From NCBI GenBank assembly GCA_035285125.1, contig JAYKHR010000043.1, positions 1 to 18,455 on the forward strand: a stretch of 18,455 nt of DNA. Direction: 5' to 3'. The translations under genes were made by a program, and so were the position numbers. Below the pieces are notes generated by a model that saw nothing but the letters and a program-made list of their open reading frames with translations, made no database searches and was not told the origin of the DNA. Below are positions 8,543 to 18,455 of this stretch, piece by piece. The stretch's first letter is position 1. Every line of letters begins with the position of its first letter. The DNA is from Candidatus Sericytochromatia bacterium (GTDB lineage Bacteria > Cyanobacteriota > Sericytochromatia > S15B-MN24 > JAQBPE01).

Positions 8543-9901
8543 TCAGCGCCGCGTCAGAGCCTCCTCGATGGCGGCCTCGACGGCCTCCAGCGCCCCTGTC
8601 GGCTCCACGTAGAGCACCCGGTCCGTGGCGGCCTCGATGGAGCGGATGGCGGCCTCGAGGCGAAGCAGAGGCGCCGCGTTGCCACCCACGTCGGCCATCA
8701 CCTCGAGTATCCGGGCGCTGACCTCCGGGAAGTCGAGGTCCGGGTTGAACAGGTAGGCCTCGCTCATGAAGGTGACCAGGTCGGCCGGTCGCTTGAACCG
8801 CCACGGCTCCGCCCGGCCCACGCTGGCGGCCTGTGCCCAGGGCCGAGCAGACAGGTAGCCGAAGGGCTCAAGCCCCTCGCCCGCCAGGGTGCGACACCTT
8901 GCCACCGCCGTCTCCCGCGCCTCTCGCAGCACGCCCACGCACGCCTCGAAGGTCGTCTCATCCGGGCCGTCGTACGGCACCCGCATCAAGGACCGGTCCA
9001 GGACCAGTCGCGTGGGGTCGACGTGGCTCAGCACGATGTCCGCCAGGCGCTCGGCGAGGGCGTCGCGGGCCTCCGAGGAGAGGCCGCTGTCACGCACCCG
9101 GCGCTGCAACGCCTGGATGCGTTGCCAGCGCGCCTCGGCCTCAGGGGCGGCAAGGGGGCTCGGGGTCCCCTCCTCCGGTGGCCTGTCCAGCACGCGTCGC
9201 CAGGCGATGCGGGTCACGCGACGGATGCCCTGCGTGGCCGTGGCATGATCGTCATCCAGCGTGGACGGGCCGCCGCTCGCCCCCTGAAGCGTGGTGAGGT
9301 GCAGGCGCGGATCCACCGCCTCGCCAGGGCCAGCCATCAGCAAGATCGGACGCTCCCCGGGAGGCAGGTAGGCCTGGAAGCGCCCCGCGCCGTCGGTGAC
9401 CAGGGCCATCACCGGGAGGCCCCCGTCGTCCAGCCCCAGCGACACGCGGTCCCCGCTCAACGGATCCACCGCCATCACCGTCAGCCCGGCCCCGGGCAGC
9501 TCTTCTCCCAGCAGGGGGAGCTTGCCCCCAGGGGATGCCTGCAGCAGGCGAAGGGCTGCCCCGCCGTTCGACAGCACCCCCCCGCCGTGGTTCGCCACCA
9601 CGCGCCCTGCCTCGAAGTTGATCGCGCGCGCGCCATTGTTGGAGACGAGCTCTCCGAGGCCCAGCTCCAGCAGGTGCCGGGCGTCCACGCGCAGCTCGCC
9701 CGTGACCTCTCGGTGTGCCGCGCTTGGCCGCGAGACCCCCCGGGCAGGCGAGGGCCCCACGCCTGCCCGGAGCCCAGGCGTGGCGCTGGCGGCCGGGCGG
9801 GCTGGCCGCCGGATGGCCGCGGGGGCGGACGCCGTGGGCTCCGGCAGACACCCCGCCAGCCCGGTCGCCAGCGCGACGAGCCCCGCCAAGCCTCGAGACA
9901 T
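8543..9901 (-). CDS. Putative lipoprotein of unknown function
   Basis: MSRGLAGLVALATGLAG-C lipobox; SD GGAGG before ATG 9901; Pro/Ala linker followed by degenerate (L/V)(S/A)N(N/H)GG repeats. Confidence 0.75.
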   Translation of the reverse strand: MSRGLAGLVALATGLAGCLPEPTASAPAAIRRPARPAASATPGLRAGVGPSPARGVSRPSAAHREVTGELRVDARHLLELGLGELVSNNGARAINFEAGRVVANHGGGVLSNGGAALRLLQASPGGKLPLLGEELPGAGLTVMAVDPLSGDRVSLGLDDGGLPVMALVTDGAGRFQAYLPPGERPILLMAGPGEAVDPRLHLTTLQGASGGPSTLDDDHATATQGIRRVTRIAWRRVLDRPPEEGTPSPLAAPEAEARWQRIQALQRRVRDSGLSSEARDALAERLADIVLSHVDPTRLVLDRSLMRVPYDGPDETTFEACVGVLREARETAVARCRTLAGEGLEPFGYLSARPWAQAASVGRAEPWRFKRPADLVTFMSEAYLFNPDLDFPEVSARILEVMADVGGNAAPLLRLEAAIRSIEAATDRVLYVEPTGALEAVEAAIEEALTRR

Positions 9902-10017
9902 ACGGCCCTCCTCCCTCGTCACTGCCTATACCCACCCGCCAGAACATCTCCCGTACACGCGGCGACCGGGCCGTTCGCGGGCCGTATGGGCCGATGATGG
10001 CGCTGGAGGTTCTCGCC

Positions 10018-11553
<1,536 letters not shown>

Positions 11554-11667
11554 CGATGCTGGAACAGGCAGCGACCGTCGGGCGGGCCTGGCTGAGGCCC
11601 GTGGGCAAGGGCGGCCGCACGGTGGGCGAGCCAACCGTCAGACCGGGCCAGGCGGAGACCCCTCCGT

Positions 11668-12660
<993 letters not shown>

Positions 12661-12763
12661 TCAAAGGGACGCCACGCGATCGTTATCGGGCCGTTCGGCC
12701 GTGTTCCGCTTTATGAGACCGGAAAGAAATCACGAACTTGGGGTTAAGTTTCGCGGCCGGGCC

Positions 12764-13999
12764 TCACAGGCCCTTGATGCCCCACCAGAACAGCCCCCAG
12801 ACCTGAACCACGGCCCCGAGGGTGACGACCGTGCTGAGCGCGTTGTACCAGCGGTCCCGGAAGGCCGAGGCCACCAGCAGCATCGCGAACGGCAGGAAGT
12901 CCAGGGAGTACCGGCAGCCGAACTGGGAGTAGCCGCTCCAGTAGTACACGACATAGAACGCCAGGATGGGGACGATCGCCCCGAGGGCCAGCCAGTTGAT
13001 CCGCTCGCGCCAGTTCGCGAACAGGAAGAACGCGAGGGCTGGGGTGGAGATGAAGATGCTGAAGCCGCCCAGGGTGGGGTCGAACCAGGGGAAGGTGTCG
13101 AGGCGCAGGGGCACGCCGACCAGGTACATCTCGAGGTGCTTGGCGGCATACGCCACGTTGAACAGCCCGAGCGGCAGGTCGTCCATGCCGTGGATGGTGC
13201 GGGCGTAGCCGTTGTCCAGCCAGTTCCCGAAGCGGGCCCAGTTGTAGAACCCGTTGAAGCCCATCAGCAGGCCGAGGGGCAGCCCGAAGCCCAGGGCCTT
13301 GCGCCAGATCGAGGCACCGCCAGTGGCGCGATCGTCGCGCCAGAGCATCCCCACGAAGAAGGGCAGCGCCAGGAAGATCGACTGGCGAGACAGCACGGCG
13401 AGCCCGAAGCCGAACCCCGCAAGCCACGCGTGCTGCCGGCCGACGACGCCCCGGAGGGCGAGCATGAGCCCCAAGTTGGCCACCACGTGCATGAGGGCCC
13501 AGGTGGCCCCGTTCTGGCCGGCATGGAACCAGAACAGCGAGCCCATGCCATAGGCCGCCGTCAGCGCCTGGCGCCAGGCCGGGGCCAGGCGGAGGTGGCC
13601 GAGCGTCGACCACCACGCGACCACGGCGAGGGCCCCGAGGCAGGCCGAGAAGATCCCCTGCCTGAAGTCCAGCCCCCAGATGGCCACAAAGGGCATCATC
13701 AGGAGCGAGGGCGCGATGCCGTAGGGCAGGTAGTGGTGGCCGTCGACGTGCGTCTGCTCGACCCAGCCAGGCAGGCTCGGGATGTCGAAGTGGCCGCCGA
13801 GCATGGCCTGCGCGAGGTACACGTGGGCGATGTAGGGCGTGGGCTTGAGCGCGCCGCTCAGCACGTAGAGGCACGCGTAGAAGGCCCACAGCGACGCTCC
13901 CTCCACCAGGGCCTCGGAGGGCCTGAGCCAGCCCCCACGCGTGGGCGCGGCATCCTCAGGGGCAGGCAGGGTGGGGACGTGCTCGGCGGGCTGGGTCAT
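12764..13999 (-). CDS. Polytopic membrane protein, GT-C-type glycosyltransferase-like
   Basis: About 10 hydrophobic helices; LAVLSRQ, YNWARFGNWLDNGY and GYSQFGCRYSLDFLPF motifs resemble lipid-linked-sugar GT-C enzymes. The start is uncertain; ATG 13999 is preferred. Confidence 0.65.
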   Translation of the reverse strand: MTQPAEHVPTLPAPEDAAPTRGGWLRPSEALVEGASLWAFYACLYVLSGALKPTPYIAHVYLAQAMLGGHFDIPSLPGWVEQTHVDGHHYLPYGIAPSLLMMPFVAIWGLDFRQGIFSACLGALAVVAWWSTLGHLRLAPAWRQALTAAYGMGSLFWFHAGQNGATWALMHVVANLGLMLALRGVVGRQHAWLAGFGFGLAVLSRQSIFLALPFFVGMLWRDDRATGGASIWRKALGFGLPLGLLMGFNGFYNWARFGNWLDNGYARTIHGMDDLPLGLFNVAYAAKHLEMYLVGVPLRLDTFPWFDPTLGGFSIFISTPALAFFLFANWRERINWLALGAIVPILAFYVVYYWSGYSQFGCRYSLDFLPFAMLLVASAFRDRWYNALSTVVTLGAVVQVWGLFWWGIKGL

Positions 14000-14034
14000 C
14001 GAGAGGCAACGGCAGGCTGGGGGCGCGACCGTCG

Positions 14035-14043
14035 ATTGTAACA
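14035..14043 (-). promoter_or_regulatory. Extended -10 promoter (TGtTACAAT) for the GT-C-like gene
   Basis: Minus strand TGTTACAAT lies ~35 nt upstream of ATG 13999. Confidence 0.5.
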
Positions 14044-14088
14044 CCGCCCATGCGCGAGGGCGCCGCGTGGCCCGGGTACACGGGGGCC

Positions 14089-14427
14089 ATGACAGCCCCC
14101 GACACCTTCGTGCACCTCACGGCCGGCAGCGTCCCGGACGCCACCCCCGCCGAGGTGCTCGCCGCCACCGAGGCCCTGCTCGCAGAGGCCGCAGCCCGCG
14201 AGGAGGCCACCCTCGTGGCGCTCGACGGGTCGACCTCGCTGGGGTGGCACCCGCTGCTCGGGCGGTTCCAGCTCAACGCCAAGCGGCCGGAGGCCCCAGA
14301 GCACCTGCCCGCCTGGCTCTCGACCATGGCCGAGGTGCCTGAGGCCCATGCGAGCGGCGCCAGCTGGGAGGAGGCCCTGCGAGGCCTGCTCGCGCTCGCG
14401 CGCCGGGCCCTGGCGGAGGGCCGCTGA
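14089..14427 (+). CDS. Hypothetical protein (~112 aa)
   Basis: GC3-biased ORF filling the gap between two minus-strand genes; start 14089 preferred over 14050. Confidence 0.6.
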   Translation: MTAPDTFVHLTAGSVPDATPAEVLAATEALLAEAAAREEATLVALDGSTSLGWHPLLGRFQLNAKRPEAPEHLPAWLSTMAEVPEAHASGASWEEALRGLLALARRALAEGR

Positions 14428-15141
14428 TCAGCGGTGCTTGCAGGCGACGCCGCCGCGCGCCTTGGCCTCTTCGACGGTGAGAGGCTCACACGAGCCACAT
14501 GGGTGGCCGCAGCCCTCCGGGTGGAACTTGTGGCTGCGCGGATTGAAGCGCACCGTCGCCCCGGGGGCAAGCGAGGGAGCAGGCGATTCGGGCGCGCGCC
14601 CTTCAGGCTTCGCCTGACCAGCACGCCGGCCGCCGCCGTGGCGGAACGCCTTGGGGCTGACGGTCAGCGGCTCTTTCGGATCCCAGACGCCGACCCCCTT
14701 CGTGCGGGCCTCGGTCTGGGCTGCCGTGAAGGCCTCGACGTGGCGGACGTTGGGCGGGTAAGTCAGCAGCACGGCCTGCCCGCTGCGGATCACCTCGAGG
14801 TTCACGAAGGTCTCGCCCACGTACACGTACCCGAGCAGCCGCCCGTAACGGTCCCGCGGCTGCACGTCGGTCTCGACCCGCACCTCCTGCCCACGCACGA
14901 GGCGGTCCGTGAAGAGGCGCGCCCGCTCTCCCCACGGCGCCTGGGCCAGCTCTGGCGTGTCGATGCCGAGCAGCCGGACCTTCTCCCGACCGCGCGCCGT
15001 CTGCACCGTCACGGTGTCGCCGTCATGCACCGAGACACAGCGCCCCGTGAGGGTCTCCGCCAGGGCCGGGCCCGGCAGGCACAGCACGAAGGCACCCACG
15101 ACGGCCACCTGCCGGAAGATGCGAGACAGGCTGCCGAGCAT
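14428..15141 (-). CDS. Secreted thermonuclease (SNase-like) with C-terminal Cys/His metal-binding tail
   Basis: Signal peptide ending PALA; VHDGDT, VRLLGIDTPE, DRYGRLLGYVY, VNLE, ARxxxxGVW. Tail FNPRSHKFH...C...C..C....EEA...GGVACK. SD GGAGG. Confidence 0.92.
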   Translation of the reverse strand: MLGSLSRIFRQVAVVGAFVLCLPGPALAETLTGRCVSVHDGDTVTVQTARGREKVRLLGIDTPELAQAPWGERARLFTDRLVRGQEVRVETDVQPRDRYGRLLGYVYVGETFVNLEVIRSGQAVLLTYPPNVRHVEAFTAAQTEARTKGVGVWDPKEPLTVSPKAFRHGGGRRAGQAKPEGRAPESPAPSLAPGATVRFNPRSHKFHPEGCGHPCGSCEPLTVEEAKARGGVACKHR

Positions 15142-15156
15142 CACCACCTCCAGGCC

Positions 15157-15801
15157 TCAAGGACGCGAGTCGCCCGCAGGCGCTCCCTGCGAACCACCAC
15201 CGGCCGCGCCCTCCGCGCCGCCACCCGGGGCCCCTCCCGGGGCGCCACCGCCAGGGGCGCCGCCCTCGGGCGCGAAGGGGTCGACCGGCGCCCCGGCGCC
15301 CCCCTGCGTGCCCCCGGCGGGCTGCCCTGCCGGGGGGCTGGGCTGCGTCGACACGCCGCCGCCCGCGCTGTTGCCCCCGGGCGAGAGGATGCGAAACTCC
15401 CCGTTGGTCTGCTGGTAGATGTACACCGTCGGCATGTACCGCCCCTTCTTGTCGTAGTTGGGCGCGGCCTGCGGCAGCGCGAGTTCGCGGGGCGGGATGC
15501 GCGCGCCGCGCCCGCGGCCGTCCTCCGGCGTGCGGGCCCGCCTGGCGCGGACGCCCTTGCCGCCCTTGGCAGCCTTGGCAGCGGGCTTGGGCTTGGCCTT
15601 CGGAGCCGGCGAGGCGGGCCCCGTCGTCGCCTCGGGTGCTGCCGCCGGGATGGCCTTCGGCGCTGGCGTCGCCATCGGCGTCGGCGTCGCAGCCGGGGCT
15701 GCGCCGGCCCCCGGGGGGGCGGGGCTCGGGCCAGCCGCGGCCGCGAGGTCGGCCGGCAGGAGGGTCAGGCAAATCAGGGCTGCAAGCAGGCGGTGGTTCA
15801 C
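15157..15801 (-). CDS. Secreted Pro/Ala/Gly-rich protein of unknown function
   Basis: GTG 15801 with GAAAGGA SD; signal peptide RLLAALICLTLLPADLAAA; one short non-low-complexity core (NYDKKGRYMPTVYIYQQTNGEFRIL). Confidence 0.65.
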   Translation of the reverse strand: MNHRLLAALICLTLLPADLAAAAGPSPAPPGAGAAPAATPTPMATPAPKAIPAAAPEATTGPASPAPKAKPKPAAKAAKGGKGVRARRARTPEDGRGRGARIPPRELALPQAAPNYDKKGRYMPTVYIYQQTNGEFRILSPGGNSAGGGVSTQPSPPAGQPAGGTQGGAGAPVDPFAPEGGAPGGGAPGGAPGGGAEGAAGGGSQGAPAGDSRP

Positions 15802-15821
15802 GGGGTTCCTTTCGTGGCCGC

Positions 15822-16181
15822 TCACGCGAGCGGCCGGGTGCCAGAGCGACGCCAGCGCTCGGCGGCGTCACGAAGGGCTTCGAGTTGGGCCGTGAGGCCC
15901 TCGCAGTGGAGCAACGCCTCGTCCTCGAGGCCCTCGCGGAGCCCCGGTTCGGCCAGCACGCCACGGCGGTTGAAGTCGGCCGCCACGGTGATCCCCTGGC
16001 TCATCTGGGGCAGCACGGCGAGCACGTCCTGACGCCAGACGAGCTTCTCGACGCAGGCCCAGGCGAGCGCGAGCGCATCGTCCAGGGGGCGACCGCGCAA
16101 CGCCTCGCCGCGCGCAATCAGCGCGTCGAGTTCCTGCAGGACCTCGGCCTTCGGCCGACGCTTTCTGGCTGCCTGGCTCAC
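15822..16181 (-). CDS. Hypothetical helical protein (~119 aa)
   Basis: GTG 16181 with GAGGAGG SD; amphipathic helical pattern; first gene of an apparent three-gene operon. Confidence 0.6.
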   Translation of the reverse strand: MSQAARKRRPKAEVLQELDALIARGEALRGRPLDDALALAWACVEKLVWRQDVLAVLPQMSQGITVAADFNRRGVLAEPGLREGLEDEALLHCEGLTAQLEALRDAAERWRRSGTRPLA

Positions 16182-16303
16182 CCACGCCCTCCTCGTGCGG
16201 GTCCCACGGGGCACCGTGGGGCGCCCAGCGCCATGTACCCGACGCCGCCCCCCTTGTGGCGACCTCCCCCCTCACGCGGGTGAATGATAACAAATATGAA
16301 TTT

Positions 16304-16349
16304 AAGCCCCCTGTTCAGGCCCAGGAGCGCGGGGGTTTCCCTTTTTATT
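16304..16349 (+). terminator. Intrinsic terminator-like hairpin with no upstream plus-strand CDS
   Basis: AAGCCCCC-TGTTC/GAGCG-C-GGGGGTTT stem followed by CCCTTTTTATT. Confidence 0.45.
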
Positions 16350-16425
16350 GCTAGGTTCTGACTGTTTTACATAACCTTCAAGGCTCCACCGACAGGCCCT
16401 CTCGGAGGCAAGGCCGGGGTCCGGA

Positions 16426-16462
16426 ATAGATAAAACAATTACCGTGTGTTGTATTTATCTAT
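16426..16462. promoter_or_regulatory. AT-rich inverted repeat (operator or leader hairpin) just upstream of an SD
   Basis: ATAGATAAA-ACAA N10 TTGT-A-TTTATCTAT: a perfect 9-bp arm plus a 4-bp arm with a 1-nt bulge. Confidence 0.6.
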
Positions 16463-16479
16463 CAACCAAGGAGGTAGCC

Positions 16480-17022
16480 ATGCTAGAGCCCGAAGTTCTC
16501 ACCGTGCTGAAGGCGGTGGACCGTCACCCCGCGCTGATGTCCCCCATCATGCTCGAGTACATGCTGCGCGGCGAGACGATTGGCCGAATGGAAGAGAAGG
16601 GCCTGATCGGCAGCCCGTACCATGGTGTGCTGGCGGAGGCCCCGCCGGGCGTGGTGGCGAACGCGGTGGCCCTTGCGCTGACCAGCCGCTGGGTGGCCCG
16701 CGCAGGGGGGTTCTACCCCGCCTTGCGCCTCACGACGGCAGGGGAGGTGCAGTTGCTGGGCCACCAGGGACTGTGCCGGGAGGCAGCGCCTGACAGCGCC
16801 TTCCGCGCGTACCACCGCTGGCGCATGCGCGTGGCCCGGCGGCTGCGGAAGCCCCCCTACCGCATCCTGCCCAACGCCATCCTCACGAGCCTCGCCAACA
16901 GGCGCCCGCGCTCGCTCGATCAGCTGCTGGAGATCCCGGGCCTCGGCAAGCGCCGGGCGCTCCGCTACCAGGCCGAGCTGCTCGCGGTGGGGGCTGGCCT
17001 GCGCGACGAGCAGACGCGCTGA
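16480..17022 (+). CDS. Stand-alone RQC (winged-helix) plus HRDC domain protein without helicase core
   Basis: RQC-like LRG..........SPYHGVL...YPALRLT..G; HRDC WR..VAR....PPYRILPNAIL..LA..RPRSLDQLLEIPGLGKRRA.RY..ELL; strong SD AAGGAGGT before ATG 16480. Confidence 0.85.
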   Translation: MLEPEVLTVLKAVDRHPALMSPIMLEYMLRGETIGRMEEKGLIGSPYHGVLAEAPPGVVANAVALALTSRWVARAGGFYPALRLTTAGEVQLLGHQGLCREAAPDSAFRAYHRWRMRVARRLRKPPYRILPNAILTSLANRRPRSLDQLLEIPGLGKRRALRYQAELLAVGAGLRDEQTR

Positions 17023-17043
17023 GCGGTGGCGGAGGAGAGCCCG

Positions 17044-17301
17044 ATGCAACACCCTGAAGACCTCGCCGCCCGGACGATGTACCGCCAGCTGCGCGGCGAG
17101 CTCCTGCGATCGGCCACCCGCCATCGCGGCGCGGTCCGGCACCCGGACCTGCTCACGGACGTGCACCGCAGCCACCTCGACGTCTGCCGCCGGCAGCTCG
17201 GCGCCCTGCGCCAGGCGTGGCGGAGGACCCGGGAGGCCTGCGCCTGGAACCGCTACGTGCGGGAGCGAACGGCCCAGGCCTTGCCGCGGGCCGTGAGCTG
17301 A
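17044..17301 (+). CDS. Hypothetical basic protein (~85 aa)
   Basis: SD GGAGGAG before ATG 17044; 21 nt after the HRDC gene stop; GC3-biased codons. Confidence 0.55.
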   Translation: MQHPEDLAARTMYRQLRGELLRSATRHRGAVRHPDLLTDVHRSHLDVCRRQLGALRQAWRRTREACAWNRYVRERTAQALPRAVS

Positions 17302-17441
17302 GCACCACCGCAGCGCAGCCCCCTCACGGATCAGCTTCCCGGGAAATTCATCGGAGCTTAGCAAGTTCTTCATCCACCCGCGCGATAAGCACCTTGGCCG
17401 GAGCGCCGTGTGTCCCGTGTGAGTCGTGAAGGAGTTCGCCG

Positions 17442-17633
17442 ATGACCAAGCTCGTGCAGTTGATCCGTGAGGAAGAAGGCCAGTCGCTCGTCGAGTACGG
17501 GCTGATCCTGGGCCTCGTGTCCGTCGCCCTGATCGCCGTGCTGGGCACGATGCGCACCGAGCTCGGCAAGATCTTCGACTCCGTCGCCAAGTCGCTCAAG
17601 AGCGCCTCGGCCTCGGTCAAGGGCACCAAGTAA
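17442..17633 (+). CDS. flp: Flp family type IV (Tad) pilin
   Basis: REEEG/QSLVEYGLIL prepilin cleavage site with the E+5 Y+6 Flp motif, a hydrophobic helix and a conserved C-terminal F; SD GAAGGAG. Confidence 0.93.
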   Translation: MTKLVQLIREEEGQSLVEYGLILGLVSVALIAVLGTMRTELGKIFDSVAKSLKSASASVKGTK

Positions 17634-17647
17634 CAAGCTGGCCCCTC

Positions 17648-17677
17648 GCCCCCCCGCTCCGGCAGGGGGGCTTTTTT
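17648..17677 (+). terminator. Rho-independent terminator after flp
   Basis: GCCCCCC...GGGGGGC stem followed by TTTTTT. Confidence 0.85.
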
Positions 17678-17721
17678 GTGCGTGGATGCCGTGCGGCTCG
17701 CGTCTGGCGGGCAGGCAGGAC

Positions 17722-18455
17722 TCAAGCGCGGGGGACGAACCAGCGGTCGAGGTCGTCGAGGCTGGTGAGCTCGAAGATGGACTCGGCGATCGCCTCGATC
17801 GTCTCCACCGGCAGCGCTGCCAGGGCCTCGCGGCTGGCCTCGGGCAGGGGGCCGAAGCGGCGGGTGAGGAGGCGCTGAAGGAGGTCGAGAGAGGCCTGAT
17901 GGCGGCCCTCTTGCAGGCCAGCCTGGCGGCCCCTCTGCAGCCCGGCCTGCTCACCGTCCTGATACCCGATCTCGATCCACTGGTTGGAGAATTCCATCAC
18001 GACCTCCTTCATGGCCGGTGCCGCCGCCTCGACTGAGGCCCTGAACACCCGCTGCTCCTGCGCGTCGAGCCGCAGGTAACCTTCCACGAACTCGATGATC
18101 CGCTGCGCGCGCTTCGAGTCGAGCCGGAGCGTCGCCATCATCCTGTAGCACGCCCATTTTACCCGCGCGCGATCTTCCGGGGCGATGCGCATCCGGGCCA
18201 TCAGGGCAGCGGCAACGGGGTTCGGGTGGTCGCGAAAGGTCTCCCACCGCAGCTGGTTGAGCTGGACGACGCGGAACTCGAAGCGCAGCACGGATAGCCC
18301 CGCGGCGGTCACCTCATACACGGTGGGAGAGGGCCTCCGAGGGCGGTCGTGCGCCACCACCGCGATCGGGTAGACGGGCAGGTCGTGGGCCTCGTGCAGG
18401 CGCGCGAAGTAGCGGTGCATGCGCCGCGCGAAATCCGGCTGGTGCTGGGCCTGGG
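17722..18455 (-). CDS. Rpn-family (PD-(D/E)XK, putative transposase-like) protein with DUF4351 C-terminus; 5' end outside the window
   Basis: QAQ.QPDFARRMHRYFARL....LPVYPIAV, NPVAAALMARM, G.Q.G repeats, LL.RLLTRRFG.L, IEAIAE.IF.....DL..W; frame open to the window edge. Confidence 0.85.
   Translation of the reverse strand, partial: QAQHQPDFARRMHRYFARLHEAHDLPVYPIAVVAHDRPRRPSPTVYEVTAAGLSVLRFEFRVVQLNQLRWETFRDHPNPVAAALMARMRIAPEDRARVKWACYRMMATLRLDSKRAQRIIEFVEGYLRLDAQEQRVFRASVEAAAPAMKEVVMEFSNQWIEIGYQDGEQAGLQRGRQAGLQEGRHQASLDLLQRLLTRRFGPLPEASREALAALPVETIEAIAESIFELTSLDDLDRWFVPRA

Noticed and set aside
8562..8660. Short direct repeats GATGGCGGCCTCGA
   Set aside because: They are explained by repeated EAAI/EAA residues in the lipoprotein's C-terminal helices.
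9715..10017. Extended N-terminus of comM in the ORF track
   Set aside because: It overlaps the divergent lipoprotein gene; a good SD and a family-typical start are at 10018.
11554..11667. Two small hairpins between convergent genes (CGGGCCT/AGGCCCG; ACGGT..ACCGT) as a REP element or ncRNA
   Set aside because: They are short GC stems with no U-tract and no second copy in the window; at most weak 3'-end structures.
17302..17441. Possible c-di-GMP or other riboswitch ahead of flp
   Set aside because: I could not find the conserved aptamer elements; an Rfam search would be needed.
17722..18455. Rpn/DUF4351 gene as an insertion sequence
   Set aside because: No terminal inverted repeat or target duplication is visible, and this family is not known to form bona fide IS elements.

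Overview
High-GC bacterial chromosomal window with no rRNA, tRNA or CRISPR array seen. The lineage may be a non-photosynthetic cyanobacterial relative such as Sericytochromatia; this is an inference from protein motifs only. 1-5467 (+) is a tightly coupled metal (probably zinc-limitation) operon: WD40 protein (5'-truncated), NiCoT transporter, DUF1289, a small possibly Sm-fold protein, a zinc-ribbon/cold-shock fusion, a Cys-poor L28 (rpmB), a COG0523 metallochaperone GTPase and a FAD/NAD(P)-binding oxidoreductase. Next come a frameshifted beta-propeller pseudogene (-), an NTF2-like/YkgJ-FliB cysteine-cluster fusion (+), a lipoprotein (-), a ComM/YifB AAA+ ATPase (+), a Pro/Gly/Gln/Tyr repeat protein (-), a GT-C-like membrane protein (-) and a small hypothetical (+). 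A three-gene (-) operon ends in a secreted thermonuclease. It is followed by a structured AT-rich intergenic region, a stand-alone RQC-HRDC protein plus a small ORF, an orphan Flp pilin with terminator, and a truncated Rpn/DUF4351 gene. The best leads are an RNA-binding/translation module with lost Zn ligands inside the metal operon, and a candidate Fur/Zur-box sRNA or attenuator at ~16280-16350.
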